Below are positions 52,105-61,615 of a stretch of 64,000 nucleotides of DNA, one piece after another. Every line of letters starts with the position of its first letter. Positions within the stretch are counted from its first letter, which is position 1. The stretch is from Candidatus Latescibacterota bacterium. GTDB taxonomy: Bacteria > Latescibacterota > UBA2968 > SICM01. Below the pieces are notes generated by a model that did no database searches, was not told the DNA's origin, and worked only from the letters and a program-made list of their open reading frames with translations. Made by a program: the position numbers and the translations under genes. The DNA lies in assembly GCA_965217865.1 (NCBI GenBank), contig CBDCJO010000002.1, forward strand, positions 2,272,001 to 2,336,000, given 5' to 3'.

Positions 52105-52623
52105 CTAGTTTCCCGCATCCCTCGGTTCGCCGATCAGATCCTCCATTTTTGTCATCAAGCGCTCGATCGTATCACCGGAACGGTCCAGCCTGGAATTCGT
52201 TTCACGCAACCGCTCTGCCATCATTCGGACCACATTTTGTAATACCTTGAGGAATATCCCTTGCTCGATCTTCAACAGGGCGTCGAATTCCATTTTTCGA
52301 ATCTTAAAACCCGTCACAGCCTGCTTGGTCACAATATCGGCAGAGCGGGGCTCCCCCGTAAACAGACCCATCTCGCCGATGCTCATCCCCGATTTCGCCT
52401 CCCCCAGTTCGGTGCCATCAGGTGTGAGCACCGAGAGTGTCCCGCTCACCAGTAAAAACATCTCATCAGCGGCGTCCCCACACCGGTAGACCGTCTCCCC
52501 TTCATCATAGCGCTCTGGCCGGCAAACCTGCAATAAAGTCATGACCTCCCCTGTGGTCAGCCCCTGAAAAATCGCTACCTTCTGGGCGATTGAGATCAAT
52601 CGTTGTGTTTGCGCTTTGTCCAT
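52105..52623 (-). CDS. stand-alone cyclic nucleotide-binding domain protein
   Basis: Phosphate-binding cassette IGEMGLFTGEPRSA, C-terminal helix, no HTH. Confidence 0.88.
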   Translation of the reverse strand: MDKAQTQRLISIAQKVAIFQGLTTGEVMTLLQVCRPERYDEGETVYRCGDAADEMFLLVSGTLSVLTPDGTELGEAKSGMSIGEMGLFTGEPRSADIVTKQAVTGFKIRKMEFDALLKIEQGIFLKVLQNVVRMMAERLRETNSRLDRSGDTIERLMTKMEDLIGEPRDAGN

Positions 52624-52647
52624 ACGTTCCGTCTCCTGGAACCGTCT

Positions 52648-53253
52648 TTACTCTTTTTTCCCCGGTTCAGGCTCTGGCGCTGGAACTTTCTTTCCCTCAT
52701 CGGCCTCAGGCGCTGGAACATCCTTTGCCTCTTCGGCACTCGACCCGGGATCCTTCTTCACCGCTTCCGCGCTTTTCTCTTCTTTCTCTTCCTCTTGACT
52801 TTTCTTGGCAAATCTTTCGATCTGGATGTTTGCCTCAATGAGACGCTCGCTTAGCAACTGTATGATGTTTTCGAGCACTTTGCAACGCATCGCCCAATCC
52901 CGATCCAGCAGAGCATCTAATTCGGGTTTGCGAATGACAACCCCAACGGTTGCGTCCGTGGATAAGACACTTGCGGATCGAGGTTGGCCCGTGAACACCC
53001 CCATCTCGCCCGTTGACGCCCCCGGCAAAATCTCTCCCAGGACGGCTCCGGTGGCACTGACGGCTTTAAGCTTGCCTTTGACCAGGATCAACATTTCGTC
53101 ACTCGGTTCACCGGCCGTGTAAATCTGTTCCTTTGGTTCGAAATTTTTAAAGTGGCACAAATTGAGAAGACCCTGCAAGTCCCTTGGAGAGAACCCCTTG
53201 AACACCCTCATTTTATTTATGATCTGCTCTAAAAAATATTGTCTCTTGTCCAT
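52648..53253 (-). CDS. stand-alone cyclic nucleotide-binding domain protein
   Basis: TGEMGVFTGQPRSA, charged low-complexity tail, no HTH. Confidence 0.88.
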   Translation of the reverse strand: MDKRQYFLEQIINKMRVFKGFSPRDLQGLLNLCHFKNFEPKEQIYTAGEPSDEMLILVKGKLKAVSATGAVLGEILPGASTGEMGVFTGQPRSASVLSTDATVGVVIRKPELDALLDRDWAMRCKVLENIIQLLSERLIEANIQIERFAKKSQEEEKEEKSAEAVKKDPGSSAEEAKDVPAPEADEGKKVPAPEPEPGKKE

Positions 53254-53290
53254 GGCGAGATAATCCTTTGTCCTGATGCTCTCTTGACAT

Positions 53291-54751
53291 TCAACTTTTA
53301 CTGGGCAGGGTGAGCTTGAAAGACGTTCCTTTGCCGACTTCGCTCACGACCTGGAGATCGCCTCCGTGATTTTCAACGATCCTATTACAAATCGACAAGC
53401 CGAAACCGTGTCCCGTTCGCTTGGTTGTAAAACCGGTTTCGAAAATCTTGGCTAGGACCTCATCTGACATTCCCGGCCCATTGTCGTTCACCTCGACGAC
53501 CACCTTTCCCACATCTCTCAGGTATTCGGTCCTCGCAACGACTTTACCCTTGCCCATAGCGTCAGCGGCGTTGGAGAAGAGGTTAAGGAGAACCTGCTGG
53601 ATTTGGCCGGGGTCGACATTTAACTTTGGGAGTTTCTCTTCAAGACCAAGATCGAACATCACGCTTCGAAACCTGTGCTGGGGCTGGATGAACTCGATTA
53701 GTTTGACAATCAGATCGTTCAGGTCCGTGGCCTGTTTCTTGGCATTCTGTGCTGAGAAGTCCATCAGGCTGGAGGTAAACTTAGATATTTTTTGAACTTG
53801 ATCATTGATTATGCCAAGGGTTTTGACGGCCTGAGGAGATGCCTGGAACTCCGGCCTGGCGCCGAGCAGTTGGGCATGTCCGGAAATGATGAAGATGTAG
53901 TTGTTGAGTTCATGTCCGATATCCGCCGCCATCTGTCCCGACATGGCAAGTTTTTCTGATTGGATAAGTTGGTTTTCGAGAGATTTGACTCCTGTAATAT
54001 CCCTGTTGGCGATGACCGCCCCCAGCACCTGTCCGCTGGGCTGGTATGGAACAACGATCGTATCGATGTAGACCATGCCGGCTTCTTCGTCCTCGTACTC
54101 GACCTGAAAACGGGCATCCTTTCCGTTCTCGATAACACCCTCGATCCGCTCCCGGAACCCTTCCTGTAAATGGGGCAGAAGCACGAATACATCACCTCCG
54201 ATGAAGTGTTCCGGCGACACGTCGTGGGCGATGAGCTGCCAACGATTCGGAGCTCGGTTCCATTCCAGGATGCGCAGGTCCCGGTCCACCACGATGACGC
54301 TGTCATAGATGCTCTGGATCAGATTTTCGTCCACCCGACGCAAACGGCCCGACATGATTCGGACCAGGTTTTCAAGAATAATGTGATGAACAGAGGGGCT
54401 TTTTGCGAAAATCTCGTCGATATAAACCCTTTTAAAAACCCGGACCTTCGTATCGCCTATAGAACGGACAGTGGCGCTTCGGGGATGGCTGTCGACCAGG
54501 GACAGCTCGCCGAAACATTCTCCCGGCCCGAGCGATATGAGGGCTTCCTGTTGCTGGTCCAGAGTCACCTTTTCCACCATCACGGATCCGGACGCCACAA
54601 TGAAAAGGTTGTCGCCTTCTTCCCCTTCGACGATGATCACGTTCCCGTCTGAAAAAGACCGTTCCTCGGAGATGCCGAATAAAGACGCTTTCTCTTCATC
54701 CGTCAGGCCATCAAAGAGAGGTAGATGGAGTTTTTCGAAGGTCGAGGTCAC
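53291..54751 (-). CDS. cNMP-binding / PAS / histidine kinase
   Basis: FGELSLVDSHPRSA, PAS-like middle, H-box IGHELNN, NAADA, DNGPG, GFTTK, GHGFGL. Confidence 0.9.
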   Translation of the reverse strand: MTSTFEKLHLPLFDGLTDEEKASLFGISEERSFSDGNVIIVEGEEGDNLFIVASGSVMVEKVTLDQQQEALISLGPGECFGELSLVDSHPRSATVRSIGDTKVRVFKRVYIDEIFAKSPSVHHIILENLVRIMSGRLRRVDENLIQSIYDSVIVVDRDLRILEWNRAPNRWQLIAHDVSPEHFIGGDVFVLLPHLQEGFRERIEGVIENGKDARFQVEYEDEEAGMVYIDTIVVPYQPSGQVLGAVIANRDITGVKSLENQLIQSEKLAMSGQMAADIGHELNNYIFIISGHAQLLGARPEFQASPQAVKTLGIINDQVQKISKFTSSLMDFSAQNAKKQATDLNDLIVKLIEFIQPQHRFRSVMFDLGLEEKLPKLNVDPGQIQQVLLNLFSNAADAMGKGKVVARTEYLRDVGKVVVEVNDNGPGMSDEVLAKIFETGFTTKRTGHGFGLSICNRIVENHGGDLQVVSEVGKGTSFKLTLPSKS

Positions 54752-54862
54752 GTCGATTGCACCCTTTCGTATTCTATATTCGGATGATTCACCGACAACT
54801 GACTTCAGAATCGATTAAAAAGAAACGATGTAAATTCTATAAGGAATTTTCGGCCCATACGG

Positions 54863-54890
54863 AAAAACCGCACCTCTGCGGATGCGGTTT
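54863..54890 (-). terminator. putative intrinsic terminator
   Basis: On the minus strand AAACCGCA..TGCGGTTTTT. Confidence 0.45.
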
Positions 54891-55059
54891 ATCACCGTCG
54901 ATCTCCTGAGATGCCTTAATACTACCACCACCTCCCGACGTGAAGGCAAGGATATCAGGGAGAATTTACCCCGTAAATATTGCCCTCTCGGGGGCGAAAG
55001 TCAAGTAGAATCCAACTTAGTTCCTCTCTCTACCTCCAACCCCCATTTTCGCCTCAAGG

Positions 55060-55212
55060 ATTTCAAATCTTCAATCTTCGATCTTCAATTTTCCCTGACA
55101 TCCGACCTTTGACCCCTGCCTTTGCCTTTCCTGCCACTGCCATCTGCTACTGCCTTTTCCCGTCTCACATCTCACGTCTCACGGTTTTCTTTTCCCTGAC
55201 CTCCGACCTCTA
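55060..55212 (-). repeat. mosaic short-word repeat tract
   Basis: TCAATCT/TCGATCT x4, CYGACCT, CTGCYA and CACRTCT words. Confidence 0.85.
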
Positions 55213-55223
55213 GCCTCTTTCAC

Positions 55224-56978
55224 CTATCCATCGGTCGGCAGACAATACGGATTCTCGATCATATATCCGTCCAGGGAAATCATTGGAACGACGCGGAAAA
55301 AGCTATCCGCGAACGCCTTCATCTCTGGAAATTCGTCCCTGTGACCCAGCAACCGGTGCATGGCCCATCCGCTCAGGCGATTTGACCTTCCGTGGCTGTC
55401 CCAGAAGCAGAGTCCGTCCACACCCGCCTCGTAGCAGGCCATGGCCCGGACCCGCATCGAATCCGCCGACTGCCTTCTGGGATACAGGTCCGCATGTACC
55501 TGAGTCTGGGTCCCTTTCGCCAGATCTACACAGGTTTTGATGATAGGAACCCTGTCGCTGGCATCCGGTTTCCCCACGCCTTCGATGTGCACCACGAAGT
55601 GGTCCACCAGTCCCTCCTTCACCCACGTCTCCGGATCTATTCCGTGAGAGCGAGCTCCTGTAAACAGACCCAGATCCGGGCAACCCTTCACCCCGTAGCT
55701 ATCTACAGGTACGACATAGCAGGTGCCCAGGCGACGGCCTTGCTTTGCCCCGACCTCATCCAGCATCTCCCGGGTTTCACGCAGAAGTTGGGTGAGAAAT
55801 TCTGCCCGGTGGTTGAGGACCCGCTCGTCGAAGGGATCCATCTCTTTCATATTCTCACCGTACTTCTCGCGGAAAGACCGGGTGACAGGTTCCTCGTAGA
55901 GGGCATAAGGCCAGGAGCGGCAGAAGATGATGCACACACCATCAGCCCCATAATCCTCCACCCACTCCCGGAACAGTTCGACGTACTTGGCCCGGACTTC
56001 CGGGAAGGCCTGGCTCAGATGGTGGGTCCGGTATCCCTCCCGTGTGAGGCACCGCCACTCGGGATGTTGCGTCTGGAAATCACCGGGGCCCACATAGCCC
56101 CGATGGTTTGGTGGGAGTTGCTCGCCGATCATCCGCACCTGCGCATAGATCTCGATCCCGATGTCATGGGCACACTGCACCGCCTCTTTCAGGGGATCAA
56201 ATCCGTGACGGCGATATCGGTCCAGAGTCTGCCAGGCTTTTCGGATTCGACCCGGCAGGCCGAAGGACCACTTCATCTCGGAACCTACATGGGAGGGATA
56301 GAAGGTCGCGAAGGATCCCGCGCATCCCCAGAGCATCATCCTGAAGTCGCTGTTGGCCAGGGCCTGGAACTCGTCCACCATCTCCTGATGCGTGGCATAG
56401 GCCCACATGTTGTGCTGCCCGGAATCGTAGTTGGCGATCAGAAGCCGGGTGTCCGTTCGAGTTAAATCGTGCTCAGCACGCTTCTGTTCCGCACGGGACA
56501 GAGGCACGAGACGGATATAGGAAATATTTGTAGCCCTCTCGGACATTTCGCCCCCTGAAGGCCGATGAAAGATGATCTCCCGTCCTGTAAGGTCCGCCGA
56601 CTTCCAGTAGGCCTCGCAGAGATCCGTTGCTCCGGGAATCATCTCCTCCGCCACCAGATCCTTTCCGACACGAAAGTTCTCGGGCACAGATCTGGTAAAT
56701 CCCGGATCATCACTCAACTTGATCAGGAGACACGTCGACGGATTAAGCGGAGGAAGGAAAGTCCCAACGAAGATGTGGTGCCATCCGGTCACCCCGGGTG
56801 ACAGCCTGATCGGAGGCGCCGCCGTGTCCGGACCGCAGAAAAGCATCTTGCCCTCTCCCTGCTCGATCGCGAAGTCAACGGCCGTCCACTTGCCCTTCTC
56901 AAAGTCCTCGGATACGGCATCCCGGGGTTCACAAGCCGTCATATCCAACAGATAGATCGATTCGTTTTCCCTGTCCAT
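55224..56978 (-). CDS. putative TIM-barrel glycoside hydrolase (GHL10-like), paralog of 39266-41029
   Basis: Colinear shared motifs NYDSGQH, AFPEVR, CRSWP, ADLYPRRQS, GVDGLCFWD. RBS GGAGG. Confidence 0.65.
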   Translation of the reverse strand: MDRENESIYLLDMTACEPRDAVSEDFEKGKWTAVDFAIEQGEGKMLFCGPDTAAPPIRLSPGVTGWHHIFVGTFLPPLNPSTCLLIKLSDDPGFTRSVPENFRVGKDLVAEEMIPGATDLCEAYWKSADLTGREIIFHRPSGGEMSERATNISYIRLVPLSRAEQKRAEHDLTRTDTRLLIANYDSGQHNMWAYATHQEMVDEFQALANSDFRMMLWGCAGSFATFYPSHVGSEMKWSFGLPGRIRKAWQTLDRYRRHGFDPLKEAVQCAHDIGIEIYAQVRMIGEQLPPNHRGYVGPGDFQTQHPEWRCLTREGYRTHHLSQAFPEVRAKYVELFREWVEDYGADGVCIIFCRSWPYALYEEPVTRSFREKYGENMKEMDPFDERVLNHRAEFLTQLLRETREMLDEVGAKQGRRLGTCYVVPVDSYGVKGCPDLGLFTGARSHGIDPETWVKEGLVDHFVVHIEGVGKPDASDRVPIIKTCVDLAKGTQTQVHADLYPRRQSADSMRVRAMACYEAGVDGLCFWDSHGRSNRLSGWAMHRLLGHRDEFPEMKAFADSFFRVVPMISLDGYMIENPYCLPTDG

Positions 56979-57059
56979 GACTCGCCTCCCTTCGTTCCAG
57001 GTTTAATAGTCTTCGGCCAATAATTCTTCACACTCTCCGCCACTTAACGTTCTCTGGGT

Positions 57060-57168
57060 CTTTCCTTTCCCCGACCTCTGACCTCTGACCTCTGGCCTTC
57101 GACATCTGCCCTTGCCATTCCTGCCACTGCTACTGCTTTTCTCTTAGCTCCGACCCCTGGCCTCTGAC
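57060..57168 (-). repeat. mosaic short-word repeat tract
   Basis: CYGACCT x3 and CTGCYA words. Confidence 0.8.
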
Positions 57169-58224
57169 TTACCATTCCGTTTGGACGACCTTACCGTTCA
57201 GCAGAGCAGAGCGAAAATCCTCAAGCGACAGTTTCTCCGTCCTGACAAGAGTTCCCTCATACCGGGTGTGGCCCCCACAACCGACACTCATCACAACACG
57301 GCCGGATCGTGCGTCTATACCGACGTGGCGCTCGATCGGTTCACCCCAGAGGTCCACCCTTGTGACGGAAGCCGGGGGGAAGTCGACCACCACAACGTGA
57401 GGGGGGTCCATGATCCCGTGGATCCCTTCGAAGAATTGGGCTGCGAAACGCCCGTCTTTCGTCTTGACGATATAGAGGCGGACATGGTCGGGCATGGAGA
57501 TGTCGTCCTCGACGACCGTGGCCTCCAACAGCATGGGGCTGCAGGAGCGGTTGATAAACTCGAAGCTGCGCTTCATCGGCCTGGACAGACCAAAGGCGCG
57601 GGCCATGTGAATCGGGAAAGTCGCACTGCAGTAGGACCAATCTCCGCCGAATACCACAAACTCGACACTGGCCGGGTCGAAGGTATAGCCGCGTTCTTCC
57701 AGCTGCCTCCTGAGATCGAAAGCCCAGGCCTTGGAAAGAGCCCAGTTGCGAAGCTCCGGTCCCGTCTCCATACCCGGAACGGCGTCGTCAGTTTCCATGA
57801 GTGCCCGTTCCTGGAGTCCTCGATTCTTCAGGGCCTGGATGCGGTCCTCCTCTATTCCCTCGAAGAGGCTGTCGCCGGGCTCGCCCATCTCCGCCCGCAT
57901 TCTATTCCAATCCGCTCTGGAATAAGTGCCTCCGAACCGGCAGACGACGCAACGGGGGCCGAATTGTTCCTGGGAAAACCGGGTCAGCGCTTTGTTTGCG
58001 TCGAAATTCGGATCCGGCAGCAGGAAGATGCCTTCATCCTCGCAGGGGTCACTGATCAACCGGTAAATCATCTCTTTCTGCTCTAACTCAGCCTTGTAAC
58101 TAAGCTCGCACCTTCCCGGGAATTGGTCCCACCCGGGCTCTTTTCGTCTCGGGTCACCCGGGGGAAGATCAAGCCAGACCAGCGAGTGAACGGAAAGGTA
58201 TATCTTGCGCAGTGTGATCATCAT
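57169..58224 (-). CDS. hypothetical protein
   Basis: Long ORF in operon position, ATG after GGAG, 7 bp from the upstream stop. No family recognised. Confidence 0.65.
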   Translation of the reverse strand: MMITLRKIYLSVHSLVWLDLPPGDPRRKEPGWDQFPGRCELSYKAELEQKEMIYRLISDPCEDEGIFLLPDPNFDANKALTRFSQEQFGPRCVVCRFGGTYSRADWNRMRAEMGEPGDSLFEGIEEDRIQALKNRGLQERALMETDDAVPGMETGPELRNWALSKAWAFDLRRQLEERGYTFDPASVEFVVFGGDWSYCSATFPIHMARAFGLSRPMKRSFEFINRSCSPMLLEATVVEDDISMPDHVRLYIVKTKDGRFAAQFFEGIHGIMDPPHVVVVDFPPASVTRVDLWGEPIERHVGIDARSGRVVMSVGCGGHTRYEGTLVRTEKLSLEDFRSALLNGKVVQTEW

Positions 58225-58231
58225 TTCTCCA

Positions 58232-59898
58232 TTACGCCTGCGTTGGCCAGCTCGCGGAAACATCGGCCTCGACGGCCTCGACAACGAGCGATCCGACTTC
58301 CGGTCTTTCCGCGAGGGAACGCAGCCGGAGGTACGACAGCCCGCCTGATTCCCGTCGTAGATGCAGTGAACCTACCTGCTCGCCGTCCAGCAAGACCTGG
58401 CACTGCCATGCCTCGCAATCCCAGTGGAGTTCTAGATCGTGCCAGCGTCCCTTTTGCAGTTTCCCCCCGATGCTCATATTGCCATCCGGGGCGATGTCCA
58501 GATTGACCACGTTGTTGAGCACGTCTTCAAAATCGAACGGGGTGGAGAAGTGGTCTGTGAGCCCGATGTTGACGCCATGTTTTCCATCCTGAACCATCAG
58601 TCGCAGTCGCAAAATGCCCTTTTTTCCTATCGGAAAGTTCCAGACCGCCGTCGCCGGAAACTCATGGTCTGTTCTTTGAATGCGCAGAACCTTGGTTTTT
58701 GTTCTCTCCGGATGGGGCGCCGTTTCGACGCCCCTCGTTCCGAACACGGACCAGTCGTCGAGTCCCTCCCAGAAATCGGTGCTCTGAGCCGTTTCTTCCA
58801 GATATGCGGGGGTCCATGCGTATGACGCGCACTCGACCCTCGCCCTGCCCGGTACGGACGATCACCGCATTATCCGCGGTTGTCGCCGGAAATGGGTATG
58901 CCGTTCCGAAGTCTCCTTTTGTGGGTGGGGGTTCGTTTCGGAGCGGGTCCCGACCTACCTCACGATAGCCCCGCCATGTGTCTCCATCATCATCCGAAAT
59001 GGCTGCGTGGATTACGTGTCGACCGCCGTAGGCGTAGGGAAACCGGAGGCAGTTGTTCCAGAACAGAACGATGCGCCCGTCATCCAGCCGGAGGATGCCG
59101 GCCGGAGAATCAGACGAGATGAAACGCGAAGGCCGTGGCTTCGACCAGGAGGCCCCGTCATCCGAGAACGACTCATATATCCGCCCCATCTGCGTACGCA
59201 TCAACATCCAAACGCGTCTGTCCTCGAGTTCTAACACCACCGGCTCATTCCGCACCGAAGGCAAAGGTTATGTCCGGCACGACTCCCTTGGCATCGTCGG
59301 AAAGTGTCCAGCTCGTACCCCCGTCGTCGCTGTAGATCGCGACGGAATTGAAGGCGCCAATGAACGTGAATGCTTCCAGACCTTCATTACGGTTGCGCCA
59401 GGTGCGCGATGTCGCATAGGAGAACGGTAGAAGAATCCTTCCGTTCCTGAGCTGGATGACTGAATTCAACGCCCCGGCATATCCCTTCCAGATGCACTTG
59501 GGAGCCTGCCAGTGTTGACGCTCGTTCTCCGTGCGCGCGTGCCAGATGTCGATCCGCTGCCCGCGATACCTGAACCACCCTTCTTCTTCCCTTTCCGCCT
59601 CGCCGCTGTCATCGGGCTTCCACATGCGGAGTAGAAACGCATGGACCTCCCCCTGTTGGTCAACAAGCGCAACAGTCACTCCCCCCAGCCCCTCAGGCTG
59701 ATCAGCAAGCGAGAAGAGCGTCCGGGGCACGCTCCAGGTCATGCCGTTGTCATCGGAAAAAAGGCCAGAGACCACCCGGTCACTTCGGTCCGCGTCGTGG
59801 ACGAAGGCCATCAACGCGCCGTCGGGGAACCGTACGATCAGGGGGACCTCCTCAAACACGTCCGCTCCGATCCGCTTCAGTAATTCACACCTCGCCAC
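58232..59898 (-). pseudogene. sialidase/BNR-repeat family protein split by two +1 frameshifts
   Basis: Asp-boxes SDDNGMTW, SDDGGTSW, SDDGASW, SDDDGDTW, plus EP and TAYP. Breaks at ~59248 and in the G5 run at 58808-58812. Confidence 0.8.
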
Positions 59899-59982
59899 GG
59901 TCGTCTCTCCTGTGCCTTCTGTTCCTCATACCCATACCCCACACGCTCTCTCCCCGGCACCTGACGCCTGACTTTGCATTTG

Positions 59983-60036
59983 GTCTTCTTCTGACTTCTG
60001 TATTCTGTACTCCGGGGAGGGTGGAATGGAAGGGTC
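59983..60036 (-). repeat. ~50-bp dispersed repeat, copy 3
   Basis: Reverse complement GACCCTTCCATTCCACCCTCCCCGGAGTACAGAATACAGAAGTCAGAAGAAGAC, next to the TGA at 60038-60040. Confidence 0.75.
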
Positions 60037-60093
60037 TTCATTCCGACTTCGGATAATTGTACTTCTCCCCGGGCGGCGGCACCTCAAGCCTAG

Positions 60094-61615
60094 CAGCCTG
60101 TTGAAAAAGTGCGTTTATGCCAAGATGACTGTTGTCTTTCCTTGTGGTTTGGTCCTATGATATATCAGGTTCAAACTGAGAAGGGAGGACGAGCAAATGG
60201 CAATGGGAAAACGAGGCAGAGACAGGAAAACCTGTTCATCGCATCGAACACTTTGGTGAAATCTCCGGGTCATCCGTTCTACGAGAAGCTGAATCAGGTA
60301 TTGGGGGCGAACGGCTTCGACGAGTTCGTCGAGGGGCTTTGCCAGCGGTATTACGCTCCTCATATGGGTCGCAAGGGCATTCCGCCCGGGGTTTATTTTC
60401 GGATGCTTTTGATTGGGTATTTCGAGGGACTTGATTCGGAACGTGGGATCGAATGGCGTGTATCTGACTCGCTGACGTTGCGCCGGTTTTTGGGGTATGC
60501 CCTTGACGAACAGACCCCGGATCATTCCAGCCTGTCTCGCATCCGGCATCGGCTTCCCTTGGAAGTTCACGAAGCGGTTTTCAAGTGGATCCTGAGGGTC
60601 TTGTGCAAAGCGGGTCTGGTGAAGGGGAAGACGTTGGGCGTGGATGCTACGACACTGGAGGCCAACGCCGCGATGCGCAGCATTGTACGCCGTGACACGG
60701 GTGAAGGCTACCAGGCATTCCTTGAGAATCTGGCCAAGGCCTCGGGCATTGAAACGCCTACCCGCGAGGACTTGTCCAAGATCGATAAGAAGCGACCGAA
60801 GAAGGGATCGAACCAGGACTGGGAGCACCCGCACGACCCGGATGCCAAGATCGCTAAGATGAAGGACGGTCGCACGCACATGGCGCACAAGGTGGAGCAC
60901 GCGGTGGATCTGGACACCAATGCCATTGTGGCAGTGGCGTTGTCGGGAGCAGATGAAGGAGATACCGAGTCGTTGCCCTGGACGCTGCTCGAGGCGCAGC
61001 TCAATCTCAAGCAGGTCGCGAAGGACGAAAAAGCTGCCAAACGTTTGCACAGACAGCGTATACGGGAGGTGGTTGCGGACAAAGGATATCATAGCAACGA
61101 TGTATTGACCAGTCTGAAGCAAGGCGGCATCCGGAGTTACATTTCAGAACCGGATCGGGGACGCCGCAAGTGGAACGGCCGACGAGATGAGCAGGCCGCG
61201 GTATATGCGAATCGACGCCGGATCAAGGGAGATCGCGGCAAGGCCTTGCGCCGAAGTCGTGCAGAACGGGTGGAAAGAACCATCGCTCACACATATGATA
61301 CCGGTGGCATGCGCAGGTTGCACTTGAGAGACCGCGGCAATATCCTCAAGCGTTTGCTGATCCACATCGGGGGCTGCAACCTGGCTCTGCTCATGCGCAA
61401 AGTGATGGGCGTAGGTACTCCGAAGGCCCTCCAGGACCTGGCCAAGGCCTTGCAGCGTCTACTGCTCGTCCTACAATCACGTTTGCTGCCCTCGGTCACC
61501 TTTTTAACCTCTTATCAGCGTCTCCTGCTCAATCTCCTTACCTTGATTTATCCGACCCGCACTCCAGGCGTCTTTTCCGTTTATGTGCGTTGAAAGGTAG
61601 TTCTTCAACGGGCTG
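60094..61615 (+). mobile_element. IS1182/IS5-like insertion sequence, copy 2 (1522 bp)
   Basis: Same IRs as copy 1. CTAG duplication at 60090-60093 and 61616-61619. Confidence 0.93.
60197..61593 (+). pseudogene. DDE transposase with a 4-bp deletion shortly after the start
   Basis: AAACGAGG-CAGAG versus AAACGAGGACGACAGAG in copy 1. The native ATG is now out of frame. Confidence 0.75.

Noticed and set aside
60109-61593. 494-aa intact transposase call
   Set aside because: The N-terminal extension arises only from the 4-bp deletion. The start is next to the IR with no RBS.
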